From assembly GCA_030614255.1 (NCBI GenBank), contig JAUWKI010000001.1:1603-65602 (forward strand): a stretch of 64,000 nt of DNA, written 5' to 3'. The notes under the pieces were generated by a model, which saw only the letters and a list, made by a program, of their open reading frames with translations, had not been told where the DNA came from and did not search any database. Positions 10,185-19,731 of this stretch are shown piece by piece. The DNA is from Actinomycetes bacterium (GTDB taxonomy: Bacteria; Actinomycetota; Aquicultoria; UBA3085; Oleimmundimicrobiaceae). Made by a program: the position numbers and the translations under genes. Position 1 is the stretch's first letter, and each line of letters begins with the position of its first letter.

Positions 10185-10778
10185 ATGCGTGTAATCACAG
10201 GTACTGCTAAAGGTCAAAAATTAATATCGCCGATAGGACTAAGTACAAGGCCTACATCTGATAGGGTGAAAGAGGCACTTTTTAACATAATTTCAAACAG
10301 GGTTTTGGAAGCGAGAGTCCTTGATTTATATGCTGGTTCGGGAGCATTGGGAATTGAAGCTTTGAGCAGAGGGGCAAAAAGAACTGTGTTTGTAGACAGT
10401 AGTGCCAAAGCAGTCGATACAATTCGTAAAAATCTTAGTAAGACCTCTCTATCCAAAAGAGCGACGACATTGAAGATGACCACGCAAATTTTTTTGAAAG
10501 ACTTTGTTAATCAGAGTGAGCAATTTGACCTAATTTTTTTAGATCCTCCTTATAAAATTGATTCCATTATGCTAAACTCCATATTTAAAGAGCTTGTTTC
10601 GAACAACGTTATAAGTGATGATGGATTAATTATTTTGGAGCACTCCTCAAAAAGAGCTCCTGTTAGTTTGAAAGAAAAGTTAAATTTTAAATTTACTCGT
10701 AAGTACGGAGATATATCCTTAAGTTTTTATGGATTAACTCGAAAGGAGCAAAATGAAGATTGCTGTTTGCCCAGGTAG
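10185..10778 (+). CDS. rsmD: 16S rRNA m2G966 methyltransferase
   Basis: MRVITG, RPTSDRVKEALF, DLYAGSG and DPPY motifs. Confidence 0.95.
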   Translation: MRVITGTAKGQKLISPIGLSTRPTSDRVKEALFNIISNRVLEARVLDLYAGSGALGIEALSRGAKRTVFVDSSAKAVDTIRKNLSKTSLSKRATTLKMTTQIFLKDFVNQSEQFDLIFLDPPYKIDSIMLNSIFKELVSNNVISDDGLIILEHSSKRAPVSLKEKLNFKFTRKYGDISLSFYGLTRKEQNEDCCLPR

Positions 10779-11241
10779 TTTTGATCCAGTAACGAGCGGG
10801 CATCTTGATGTCATTGAAAGAGGAGCTCGCCTTTTCGGAAAAGTTGTGGTTGGTGTTTTTGAGAAAACCGGGAAAACTCCTCTCTTTTCTTTAAATAAGA
10901 GAGTTAATTTTATCGAATCAGCCATAAAAGAAAATTTATGTTTAAATAATGTTGAAGTTGAATCGTTCAATACGCTTTTGATTGATTTTGCACACAAGCA
11001 TGGGGCTTGTGCAATAATAAAAGGGCTAAGAGCGGTTTCTGATTTCGAGCATGAATTCCAAATGGCTCAATTTAATCGTAAATTAGACCCAAGTATTGAG
11101 ACGATATTTATGATGGCGAGTTCGCAGTATGCTTATCTAAGTTCAAGCGCAGTTAAAGAAATTGCAAAGTTTGGTGGACGTATAGAAGGACTTGTTACAC
11201 CAGAAGTCGAAAAAGGATTGAGAAAAGTTTTTGAGCTCTAA
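10753..11241 (+). CDS. coaD: Pantetheine-phosphate adenylyltransferase
   Basis: PGSFDPVTSGH, GLRAVSDFE and SSSAVKE motifs. Confidence 0.97.
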   Translation: MKIAVCPGSFDPVTSGHLDVIERGARLFGKVVVGVFEKTGKTPLFSLNKRVNFIESAIKENLCLNNVEVESFNTLLIDFAHKHGACAIIKGLRAVSDFEHEFQMAQFNRKLDPSIETIFMMASSQYAYLSSSAVKEIAKFGGRIEGLVTPEVEKGLRKVFEL

Positions 11242-11257
11242 AAAGGGAGGATTTTGA

Positions 11258-11716
11258 ATGGATATAATGAATTTGATTGACAAAATAGAAGACGTTATTG
11301 CTACTGCACGGAGAGTCCCTTTGAGTAATTCAGTAATGATAAACGAACAGAAAATATTTGAAACTATAGATGAGATGCGTGCTTCTATTCCAGACGAGCT
11401 GAAACAAGCAAGGTGGATTGTCAAAGAGAGACAAGAGATGTTGGCTGAGGCCGAAAAGGAAGCGAGCGCTACAATTGAAGAAGCTCGTAAAAATGCCGAA
11501 CAAATCGCTTCAGAACAAGAAATAGTAAAAATGGCTGAGTCGCAGGCCGACAAAATTCTTTTTGACGCGAAAGAGAAGGAAAGAGAGATTCGCTTAGGGG
11601 CGGAGGACTATGCCGATGAGATGCTTGCTAACCTTGAAGTTAACTTAGGCAAACTTCTTGCTGCAGTTCAGAGGGGAAGAGATAGATTACAGGGTAAAAT
11701 TCAGCCTAAATCCTAA
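11258..11716 (+). CDS. Conserved coiled-coil protein (SepIVA/DivIVA-like, often annotated 'ATPase')
   Basis: ARRVPLS...IPDELKQARW...GAEDYADE pattern; conserved position between coaD and DUF177. Confidence 0.75.
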   Translation: MDIMNLIDKIEDVIATARRVPLSNSVMINEQKIFETIDEMRASIPDELKQARWIVKERQEMLAEAEKEASATIEEARKNAEQIASEQEIVKMAESQADKILFDAKEKEREIRLGAEDYADEMLANLEVNLGKLLAAVQRGRDRLQGKIQPKS

Positions 11717-11741
11717 ATTTTGTGGCTATGATTTGGAATTG

Positions 11742-11774
11742 AAAAGTTCTTGTAAATTTACAAGAACTTTTTTT
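11742..11774 (+). terminator. Perfect 30-bp palindrome followed by T run (terminator or operator)
   Basis: AAAAGTTCTTGTAAATTTACAAGAACTTTT equals its own reverse complement. Confidence 0.55.
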
Positions 11775-11819
11775 ATGGATGAGTATGATTATGTTAAAAT
11801 AACTAAGTTAAATTTGAGA

Positions 11820-12350
11820 ATGGATATGAGCCCTTTAATTATTGATGTATCTGATATTTTAAAAGTTACGAGCACCAAAAAAGAGTTTAAATTTGATTGT
11901 GAATTTAAACCATTTTGTACTAAGAATAAATTGGATTTTATTAGTCCGGTAAGTTTTGATTTTTTTATTGAAAATGTTGGCTTAGAACTGTTAGTTAAGG
12001 GAAATATCAAAGGACGGTTGAGACTTGTGTGCAACCGCTGTTTGTCAGGATTCGAAGCTGAGGTAAAGACAGAAATCGATGAGGTTTTTCTGCCCGTGGA
12101 GGGCGAGCTTGACGCCGAGGAAACTTTTAAAATTATAGATAATAAAATTGATTTACGAGTCGCTGTTGAACAAGCTTTTTTACTTGAGTTGCCAATGAAG
12201 TTAATTTGCAAAAAGGGTTGCAAAGGGCTTTGCTCTAAATGTGGGCAAAATTTGAATTTAGCTCAATGTAATTGTCTGGATGAAAAGATTGATGTAAGGT
12301 TATTAAAACTAAAGAAGCTTAAAGAAGAATTCGAAAAAAAGAGGAGTTAA
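11820..12350 (+). CDS. DUF177 (YceD family) protein
   Basis: CNRCL and CKKGCKGLCSKCGQNLN..C.C..D.R motifs; upstream of rpmF; start moved from 11658 to ATG 11820 (or 11826). Confidence 0.9.
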   Translation: MDMSPLIIDVSDILKVTSTKKEFKFDCEFKPFCTKNKLDFISPVSFDFFIENVGLELLVKGNIKGRLRLVCNRCLSGFEAEVKTEIDEVFLPVEGELDAEETFKIIDNKIDLRVAVEQAFLLELPMKLICKKGCKGLCSKCGQNLNLAQCNCLDEKIDVRLLKLKKLKEEFEKKRS

Positions 12351-12366
12351 GGAGGAGGTTTTTTAA

Positions 12367-12546
12367 TTGGCTGTTCCAAAGAGAAGAAAGTCTAGGGCAA
12401 AGCGTGATTCTAGACGAGCTAATCATAAAAAAGTTAAATTGGTTATGACAACTGAGTGTCCTCAATGTCATCAGCCCAAGTTACCGCATTATGTTTGTCC
12501 AGAGTGTGGTTATTATGATGGCAAACAAGTTTTGGAGGTTAAGTAG
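12367..12546 (+). CDS. rpmF: 50S ribosomal protein L32 (missing from ORF track)
   Basis: TTG start after GGAGG; MAVPKRRKSRAKRDSRRANH...CPQC...PHYVCPECGYYDGKQV, 59 aa. Confidence 0.97.
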   Translation: MAVPKRRKSRAKRDSRRANHKKVKLVMTTECPQCHQPKLPHYVCPECGYYDGKQVLEVK

Positions 12547-12550
12547 ATAG

Positions 12551-13540
12551 GTGGCTTGCTCTCCAATTACTATTGCAGTTGATGCTATGGGAGGAGATTT
12601 TGCCCCCATAGAAATAGTGAAGGGTTCCCATCTTGCAGCTCAAGAGATGGGAATCAATATATTATTAGTTGGTTTAGAGGGTCAAATAAAAAGTGAATTA
12701 AGTAAATTAAGCCCCTGCAAAAATATACATATTGTGCATGCTCCAGACGTAATAGAGATGGGAGAACATGCTGCCCGAGCCGTAAAATCCAAACCCAATT
12801 CGTCAATTTCGATCGCTGCCCAACTTGTAAAACAAAATGAAGCTAATGCCATGGTGTCAGTTGGCAACACAGGTGCAGCAATGAGCGCCGCCTTTTTAAA
12901 AATTGGAAGGATTGAGGGTATTGCTAGACCTGCAATCGCCGTTGTTATTCCAACCTCAAACAGACCGGTTGTTCTTTTAGACGTAGGGGCAAACACTGAA
13001 TGCAAACCAGAGAACATATTTCAGTTTGCGGTGATGGGGAAGATTTATGCGTCAAAAGTTGTCGGAGTTGATGAGCCCACAATTGGCTTATTGAATGTTG
13101 GAAGGGAATGCGAAAAAGGAAACGAATTTCTTCGAAAATCCTATGATCTTTTGCGATCCGCTGAAGGATTTATAGGGAACGTTGAAGGAAATGATATTCC
13201 TGAAGGAAGAGCCGATGTAATTGTATGCGATGGATTTGCTGGAAATGTGGCGCTGAAATTGATGGAGGGTTTTGCCTCTGTGCTTTTTTCTGAAATAAAA
13301 ATGGCGGCTAAATCATCTTTTTTTGGTAGAATTGGTGGGTTATTACTTGTACCCTCTCTCCAGACATTAAAAAGCAAATTGGACCACGAGAAGTATGGTG
13401 GGGCCTGCCTCTTAGGTATCGATGGGGTCTGTATTGTCGGGCATGGAAAATCTAATGCAAAAGCGGTTAAAAACGCAATTATAGCTGCCGAACAAGCTGT
13501 TTTGGAAGATATTGTTTCTGAAATAAAAAAGGGTATTTAG
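12551..13540 (+). CDS. plsX: Phosphate acyltransferase PlsX
   Basis: IAVDAMGGDFAP, GNTGA, LDVGAN, DGFAGNV and GHGKS motifs. Confidence 0.96.
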   Translation: MACSPITIAVDAMGGDFAPIEIVKGSHLAAQEMGINILLVGLEGQIKSELSKLSPCKNIHIVHAPDVIEMGEHAARAVKSKPNSSISIAAQLVKQNEANAMVSVGNTGAAMSAAFLKIGRIEGIARPAIAVVIPTSNRPVVLLDVGANTECKPENIFQFAVMGKIYASKVVGVDEPTIGLLNVGRECEKGNEFLRKSYDLLRSAEGFIGNVEGNDIPEGRADVIVCDGFAGNVALKLMEGFASVLFSEIKMAAKSSFFGRIGGLLLVPSLQTLKSKLDHEKYGGACLLGIDGVCIVGHGKSNAKAVKNAIIAAEQAVLEDIVSEIKKGI

Positions 13541-13563
13541 GAGGAAATATTTTAGAAGGAAAA

Positions 13564-14562
13564 GTGTCTGTCGGAATAGTTGGAGTAGGTTCTTATTTAC
13601 CTCATAAAATACTTACCAATTTCGATTTAGAAAAGATGGTAGATACGAGTAACGAATGGATTCGAACTCGCACCGGTATTTCAGAACGAAGAATCGTAGA
13701 TGACGATGTCAATATTTCTGATATAGCTGTTGAAGCGGCTAAAAAAGCTCTCTTAAATGCTGGTCTTGAGATCAAGGATATTGATTTGATAATTTTGGCA
13801 ACTTGCTCGCCTGAGATGGTGATGCCTTCAACATCGTGTCTCGTTCAAAAAAAGTTGGGGGCAAAAACTATCCCAGCTTTCGATATGCTTGCTGGCTGCA
13901 CAGGCTTGATATATGCAATTACCACCGGGGCTCAATTTATAGAAACAGGTATGTATAAAAAAGTTCTGGTTATTGGAGCTGACGCTCTTTCGAGGCATCT
14001 AGACTGGACCGATCGTGCAACATGTGTATTATTTGGTGATGGCGCTGGAGCGGTAGTGCTGGGCGAAGTTGAGGATGGATATGGTATTCTGTCAAATTAT
14101 TTGGCGGCAACCGGAGCAGGGGCTGAGCTCTTGAGAATTCCGGCGGGTGGATCAGGAATGCCTGCGACAGAAGAGTCATTTGAAAAAAAGCTCCATTGTA
14201 TTCAAATGAGTGGCGGGGAAGTTTTTAAATTTGCTAGTAGAGCTTTACCTCAGGCCACAAAGGCCGTACTAAAAAGGGCGAATTTAACGTTAGCGGATGT
14301 AAAATATATAATTCCTCATCAAGCAAACATTAGGATTTTAGAAACAGCTGCTAAGAAGCTTGGGGTTGATTTCAATAAGCTCATCAAAAATATTGACAAG
14401 TACGGAAACACGTCAACAGCTTCTATAGCAATTGCTCTGGATGAGCTTCAGAGGGCAAACAAGATACATGAGGGAGACATCTTGCTTCTGGTTGGCTTTG
14501 GCGCAGGATTAACCTGGGGAGCCAATGTGATTAAATGGGGCGGAAACAAAAAAAACAGATGA
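13564..14562 (+). CDS. fabH: 3-oxoacyl-ACP synthase III
   Basis: WIRTRTGI, AGCTG (catalytic Cys), PHQAN, YGNTS and GFGAGLTWG motifs. Confidence 0.96.
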   Translation: MSVGIVGVGSYLPHKILTNFDLEKMVDTSNEWIRTRTGISERRIVDDDVNISDIAVEAAKKALLNAGLEIKDIDLIILATCSPEMVMPSTSCLVQKKLGAKTIPAFDMLAGCTGLIYAITTGAQFIETGMYKKVLVIGADALSRHLDWTDRATCVLFGDGAGAVVLGEVEDGYGILSNYLAATGAGAELLRIPAGGSGMPATEESFEKKLHCIQMSGGEVFKFASRALPQATKAVLKRANLTLADVKYIIPHQANIRILETAAKKLGVDFNKLIKNIDKYGNTSTASIAIALDELQRANKIHEGDILLLVGFGAGLTWGANVIKWGGNKKNR

Positions 14563-14581
14563 TGGCAAAGGGGTGGCCAGT

Positions 14582-15739
14582 GTGGACTATTTTCTAACAG
14601 AAGAACAACAAATGATAAAGGATCTAGCAAAAAAAATAGCTAATGAAAAAGTAATTCCCGTAAGGGCTAGACTGGACGAAGAAGAAGAATTTCCTTGGGC
14701 TATTATGAAAGATTTGGCTCAGGCGGATTTACTTGGTCTTTATATACCGGAGGAATATGGAGGTGTCGATTTCGGCTGTTTTGAAACGATACTCGTGGTT
14801 GAAGAGCTGAGTAGAGCGTGTTGTGGCGTGTCGGTAAGTTATGCCGCAAGTGCCCTCGGGGCATATCCTATCCTTTTATTCGGTTCAGAAGAGCAGAAGA
14901 AAAAGTATCTACCTGACATAGCTTCCGGTAAGAAGCTCGGGGCCTTTGGTCTAACGGAAGCCAATGCGGGGAGTGATGCTTCTGCAATTCAGACAAGAGC
15001 CGAAAAAGATGGAGATTTTTACATCCTCAACGGAACCAAACAATGGATAACAAATGGCGGCGAAGCAGAAATCTACACAATAATTGCCATGACAAATAAG
15101 GACAAAGGAAGTCGGGGAGCCACTGCTTTTATTGTTGAAAAAGGAACGCCGGGTTTCTCGTTCGGGAAAAAAGAGAAAAAGCTTGGTATACGATGCTCCA
15201 CAACAAGAGAGCTGATTTTCGAAAATTGTCGAATACCCAAGGAAAACATTTTAGGAAAAGAAGGGATGGGCTTTATAGTTGCCATGAGAACTTTGGATAT
15301 GACTCGTCCGGGAATTGGGGCTCAAGGTGTTGGGGTTGCTCAAGGAGCTTTCGATGCAGCTCTGGATTATTCGTGTCAGAGGATACAGTTTGACCAACCG
15401 ATATCTTCGTTTCAAATAATACAGCACATGCTTGCAGATATGGCCATTCAGATTGAAGCCGCTCGTGCACTAGTTTACGCGACTGCAAAGATGATTGATG
15501 GTGGAGCTAAGAATTTTTCGAAAGAATCCGCAATGGCTAAAACCTTTGCCTCTGATATGGCGATGGAAGTTACTATCAACGCTGTTCAGGTGATGGGTGG
15601 TTGTGGCTATATGCGTGAGTATCCAGTCGAGAAAATGATGAGGGATGCAAAGATTATTCAAATTTACGAGGGGACGAATCAGGTTCAGAGAAATGTGATT
15701 GCTCTTCAGTTAATCAAGGAGAATATGGGCAAAAAATAG
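14582..15739 (+). CDS. Acyl-CoA dehydrogenase (Bcd/CarC-like flavoprotein)
   Basis: GAFGLTEANAGSD, NGTKQWITNG, R.QF, GGCGY..EYPVE and IYEGTNQ (catalytic Glu); GTG 14582 gives MDYFLTEEQ. Confidence 0.95.
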   Translation: MDYFLTEEQQMIKDLAKKIANEKVIPVRARLDEEEEFPWAIMKDLAQADLLGLYIPEEYGGVDFGCFETILVVEELSRACCGVSVSYAASALGAYPILLFGSEEQKKKYLPDIASGKKLGAFGLTEANAGSDASAIQTRAEKDGDFYILNGTKQWITNGGEAEIYTIIAMTNKDKGSRGATAFIVEKGTPGFSFGKKEKKLGIRCSTTRELIFENCRIPKENILGKEGMGFIVAMRTLDMTRPGIGAQGVGVAQGAFDAALDYSCQRIQFDQPISSFQIIQHMLADMAIQIEAARALVYATAKMIDGGAKNFSKESAMAKTFASDMAMEVTINAVQVMGGCGYMREYPVEKMMRDAKIIQIYEGTNQVQRNVIALQLIKENMGKK

Positions 15740-15756
15740 ATATTTGGAGGACGATT

Positions 15757-16542
15757 TTGAATATTATTGTTTGCATAAAACAAGTTCCTGATACAACCAA
15801 GGTAAAAATAGACCCGGAAACCAACACGTTAGTAAGAGAAGGGGTAGAGAGCATAATCAACCCGTTCGATATATATGCGTTGGAGGAAGCGATTAGATTA
15901 AAGGAGAAAATTGGTGGAAACGTTACTGTGCTGACCATGGGTCCCCCTCAAGCTGCGGAAGTATTAAGAGAGGCGATTGCGATGGGCGCAGACGATGTTT
16001 ATTTACTATCGGATAAAGCTTTTGCTGGTGCTGATACCCTTGCAACTTCTTATACCCTATCGAAAGGTATCGAAAAAGTAGGGCAGTTCGATCTCATAAT
16101 TTGTGGGAAACAGACGATGGATGGAGACACGGCACAAGTGGGACCCGAAATTGCTCAGAAATTAGGAATACCGGTTGTTACGTACGTGAGCAAAATTGAA
16201 GACATAGAAAATGGTCAAATCAAACTTAAGCGAATGGTAGAAGATGGTTATGAGGTAATCGAAACGGAAACACCTTTGTTAATGACGGTCATAAAGGAGA
16301 TAAATGAACCCAGGGTGCCATCTCTTCGGGGGATAATGAAGGCAAAAAAAATAGAGATACCGATCTGGGATGCAAGCGATATTGGAGCAGAAGGTGAGAA
16401 AATTGGTCTTTCCGGCTCTCCAACCCAAGTTGTTCGAATTTTTGCTCCGGAGGTTTCCAAAGAGGGCGAGATTTTAGAGGGAGAACCAACGGAAATTGCC
16501 GAAAAGCTTATTTTGAAGCTAAAAAAAGGAAAGGTTATCTAA
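15757..16542 (+). CDS. etfB: Electron transfer flavoprotein beta subunit
   Basis: IVCIKQVPDT, NPFD, MGP, AFAGADTLATS and GKQTMDGDTAQVGP motifs. Confidence 0.96.
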   Translation: MNIIVCIKQVPDTTKVKIDPETNTLVREGVESIINPFDIYALEEAIRLKEKIGGNVTVLTMGPPQAAEVLREAIAMGADDVYLLSDKAFAGADTLATSYTLSKGIEKVGQFDLIICGKQTMDGDTAQVGPEIAQKLGIPVVTYVSKIEDIENGQIKLKRMVEDGYEVIETETPLLMTVIKEINEPRVPSLRGIMKAKKIEIPIWDASDIGAEGEKIGLSGSPTQVVRIFAPEVSKEGEILEGEPTEIAEKLILKLKKGKVI

Positions 16543-16582
16543 GTAGTTTTTGAGCTAGAATCTTACTTACCAGGAGGAGTTT

Positions 16583-17773
16583 TTGAGCATTAAAATTGAT
16601 TTAAGTAAATGCACGGGTTGTAAGCTCTGCGTAAAAGCTTGCATATATAGTGCGATTGATGTTGTTGAAAAGAAAGCATATATAAACAACAACTGCACTT
16701 TATGTGGCGCGTGTGTCTCAGCTTGTAAATATGAAGCCATTTCTATCTCAAAGAAAAAGAAAACTGCTTTCGACGAGGGTGATTATGAGGGCGTCTGGGT
16801 TTTTGCTGAGCAAAAGCAAGGCAAATTAGCAGGGGTAGCTTCTGAACTTCTCGGTGAAGGGAGAAGATTGGCCGATGAATTAGGAGTTAAACTCTCTGCC
16901 ATCTTGCTTGGAGAAAAAATTAACGGCTTAGGCAAAGAGCTTATATTCTATGGAGCAGATAAGGTTTACATTGTTGATAGTCCAATCCTGAAAGATCGTC
17001 TCGATGAGACCCATGCAGATGTTCTTGTCCAACTAATTCGCGAGCATAAACCAGAAATTTTTTTGGCTGGGGCGACTTCTTTTGGACGTTCATTGATTCC
17101 CAGGGTCGCGGCAACTTTGGAGACGGGACTTACTGCTGATTGCACAGGTCTTGCTATCGACAAGGAAAACAAATTTTTATTACAAACTCGCCCGGCATTT
17201 GGTGGAAATATCATGGCTACCATAATCTGTCCAAACAAGAGGCCGCAAATGGCCACAGTCAGACCCAAAGTGATGAAACGTGCCCAAAGAGACGATACGA
17301 GAAGTGGTGAAATAATCGAGGAGACGATATTGAATCCCATTTCTTCAAGAGTAAAATTGTTGGGCTTTATTGAAGAGCTGAGCGATAAAGTAAATTTGGA
17401 AGAAGCGGAAATTATTGTCGCGGGCGGAAGAGGATTAGGCAAAGCTGACAATTTTAAACTTATTCACGAGATGGCCTCAATTTTAGGAGCAGCCGTAGGT
17501 GCTTCAAGGGCGGCGGTTGATGCCGAATGGATATCCTATGCTCACCAGGTTGGACAAACCGGCAAGACCGTCTGTCCAAAACTATATATTGCTTGTGGGA
17601 TTTCCGGAGCCGTTCAACACCTTGCCGGGATGCAAACTTCTGATTATATTGTCGCCATAAATAAGGATCCGGACGCTCCGATTTTTGATGTTGCCAACTA
17701 TGGTATAGTTGGGGACTTGTTTGAAATAATTCCGGTCATCACAACCAAATTGAAAGAGATTAATGGAGGTTGA
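16583..17773 (+). CDS. etfA: Electron transfer flavoprotein alpha subunit with N-terminal 2[4Fe-4S] ferredoxin domain
   Basis: CTGCKLCVKAC and CTLCGACVSAC at N-terminus; GLTADCT, RPAFGGN, QVGQTG and GISGAVQH motifs. Confidence 0.96.
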   Translation: MSIKIDLSKCTGCKLCVKACIYSAIDVVEKKAYINNNCTLCGACVSACKYEAISISKKKKTAFDEGDYEGVWVFAEQKQGKLAGVASELLGEGRRLADELGVKLSAILLGEKINGLGKELIFYGADKVYIVDSPILKDRLDETHADVLVQLIREHKPEIFLAGATSFGRSLIPRVAATLETGLTADCTGLAIDKENKFLLQTRPAFGGNIMATIICPNKRPQMATVRPKVMKRAQRDDTRSGEIIEETILNPISSRVKLLGFIEELSDKVNLEEAEIIVAGGRGLGKADNFKLIHEMASILGAAVGASRAAVDAEWISYAHQVGQTGKTVCPKLYIACGISGAVQHLAGMQTSDYIVAINKDPDAPIFDVANYGIVGDLFEIIPVITTKLKEINGG

Positions 17774-17776
17774 TGA

Positions 17777-18721
17777 TTGAGTAAAAAAATTGCTTTTATC
17801 TTTCCAGGGCAAGGTTCTCAATATATAGGGATGGGAAAGGATTTAAAAGAGTCCATCAGTGAATTGGCCGATATCTTTAAGCAAGCCGACGAAGTCTTGA
17901 AAAAGAAGATATCAAATATTTGTTTTGAGGGCCCTGAGAGTGAGCTCGGCAAAACCATCAATACCCAACCTGCGATTTTTACAGTTAATCATGTTTGTTA
18001 TGTCGCATTAAAACTAAATGGAATAGAGCCGGATATAGTAGCCGGACACAGTTTGGGAGAGTATAATGCGCTTGTCGCGGCCGGTGTCTTTGATTTTGAA
18101 ACCGGGTTGTGTCTGGTTGCGAAAAGAGCTCAATTTATGGAGAAAGCGGCCTCGAGAAAGCTAGGCAAAATGGCTGCGATTATTGGATTAGATTCGAAAA
18201 TTGTTGAAAAAATAGTTGAGTCATTAAAAAAAAGAGGAGTAATTAATATAGCGAACTATAATTGTCCGGGACAACTTGTAATATCGGGAGAAAGTTCGCT
18301 TATCGAAGAGGCTGGTTGTCTCTTAAGACAGAGTGGAGCAAAAAGGGTAATTGAACTCCCGGTAAGCGGTGGATTCCACTCTAAATTAATGGATGAAGCA
18401 GAGCGTGAATTCTCTAAAGTCTTAAATGAGACGCCTTTTTCTAAGCCTGAATGTGGCATAATTTCAAATTACACGGCGAGATGTTCAATTAATCCAATGG
18501 ATTTAAAGATGGCTTTAAGACATCAAATTACCGGGTCAGTCCGTTGGGAGCAATCAATTAAAAAAATTCAATCGCTTGAAATTAATAAATTTATAGAAGT
18601 GGGTCCAAAAAAAATTTTAACGGGTCTAGTTGGCAGAATTACTCAAGCAATTTTATTTGATGTAAGCGATGTCGATACTTTAGAAAAAACCATTTTTGAA
18701 ATAGAAGGAGGTTTTGAATGA
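17777..18721 (+). CDS. fabD: Malonyl-CoA:ACP transacylase
   Basis: FPGQGSQ, GHSLGEY and VSGGFHS motifs. Confidence 0.96.
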   Translation: MSKKIAFIFPGQGSQYIGMGKDLKESISELADIFKQADEVLKKKISNICFEGPESELGKTINTQPAIFTVNHVCYVALKLNGIEPDIVAGHSLGEYNALVAAGVFDFETGLCLVAKRAQFMEKAASRKLGKMAAIIGLDSKIVEKIVESLKKRGVINIANYNCPGQLVISGESSLIEEAGCLLRQSGAKRVIELPVSGGFHSKLMDEAEREFSKVLNETPFSKPECGIISNYTARCSINPMDLKMALRHQITGSVRWEQSIKKIQSLEINKFIEVGPKKILTGLVGRITQAILFDVSDVDTLEKTIFEIEGGFE

Positions 18722-19461
18722 TATTTAAGGACAAAGTTGTTCTTGTTACGGGCAGCACAAGGGGAATTGGGAAAGAGATATGTTTGAAGTTTGCTGAGTT
18801 GGGAGCTGATATTGTTATAAACGATATCGGAAACGAGGATCAAGCAGAATTGCTAATTACCGAGATAAATGAATTTGGCGGAAAGGCAATTTTTGTCAAG
18901 GCCAATGTCGCGGTTTTTGACGAAGCATCTTCTCTAATCGAGCAGGCTATTGAAGAGATGGGCAAGATAGATATTTTGGTTAACAATGCGGGGATAACTC
19001 GCGATAATCTTTTAATTAGAATGAAAGAAGATGAATGGGATGCTGTGCTAAATGTTAACTTAAAAGGAACATTTAACTGCATGAAAGCAGTTTCGCGTCA
19101 CATGATGAAAAGGCGAGAGGGTGTAATGATTAATCTGGCGTCTGTTGTAGGGGTTATAGGCAACGCAGGACAATCAAATTACTCTGCTTCAAAAGCCGGG
19201 GTAATTGGCCTAACAAAAACTGTGGCAAAAGAGCTTGCGTCTCGCGGAATTAGAGTCAATGCTGTTGCGCCGGGATTTATTCAAACCGAAATGACTAAAA
19301 AGTTACCGGACGAGATAAGGGCTAAGGTGATAGACAACATTCCGCTTGCTGAATTCGGCACGTCGAGGGATGTGGCTAACCTGGTAGCATTTCTTGCATC
19401 AGAAGATGCTAAATATATTACTGGGCAGGTTGTAAATATAGACGGTGGAATGGTAATGTAA
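18718..19461 (+). CDS. fabG: 3-oxoacyl-ACP reductase
   Basis: TGSTRGIG, NNAGITRD, YSASK and PGFIQT motifs. Confidence 0.97.
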   Translation: MIFKDKVVLVTGSTRGIGKEICLKFAELGADIVINDIGNEDQAELLITEINEFGGKAIFVKANVAVFDEASSLIEQAIEEMGKIDILVNNAGITRDNLLIRMKEDEWDAVLNVNLKGTFNCMKAVSRHMMKRREGVMINLASVVGVIGNAGQSNYSASKAGVIGLTKTVAKELASRGIRVNAVAPGFIQTEMTKKLPDEIRAKVIDNIPLAEFGTSRDVANLVAFLASEDAKYITGQVVNIDGGMVM

Positions 19462-19494
19462 CTTATATTATCAAACTAAAGGGAGGAGATTTAC

Positions 19495-19731
19495 ATGTCG
19501 CAGGAAGTTTTTGACAAAGTTAAGGGAATTATTGTTGAGCAGTTGGGAGTCGATGAATCTGCTGTTAAAAATGAAACATCATTTACTGATGATCTGGGAG
19601 CGGATTCGCTGGACATTATTGAGCTGGTAATGGCTTTGGAAGAAGAGTTTGGTTTAGAAATATCCGACGAAGATGCAGAAAAAATAGCAACCGTTGACAA
19701 AGCAGTTGAATACATAGAAAACAACTCATAA
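19495..19731 (+). CDS. acpP: Acyl carrier protein
   Basis: DLGADSLD phosphopantetheine site; acidic, 78 aa. Confidence 0.97.
   Translation: MSQEVFDKVKGIIVEQLGVDESAVKNETSFTDDLGADSLDIIELVMALEEEFGLEISDEDAEKIATVDKAVEYIENNS

Noticed and set aside
11658..11819. Long N-terminal extension of DUF177 in the ORF track
   Set aside because: Overlaps the upstream gene and spans a palindrome and promoter-like region; the family-like sequence starts near 11820.
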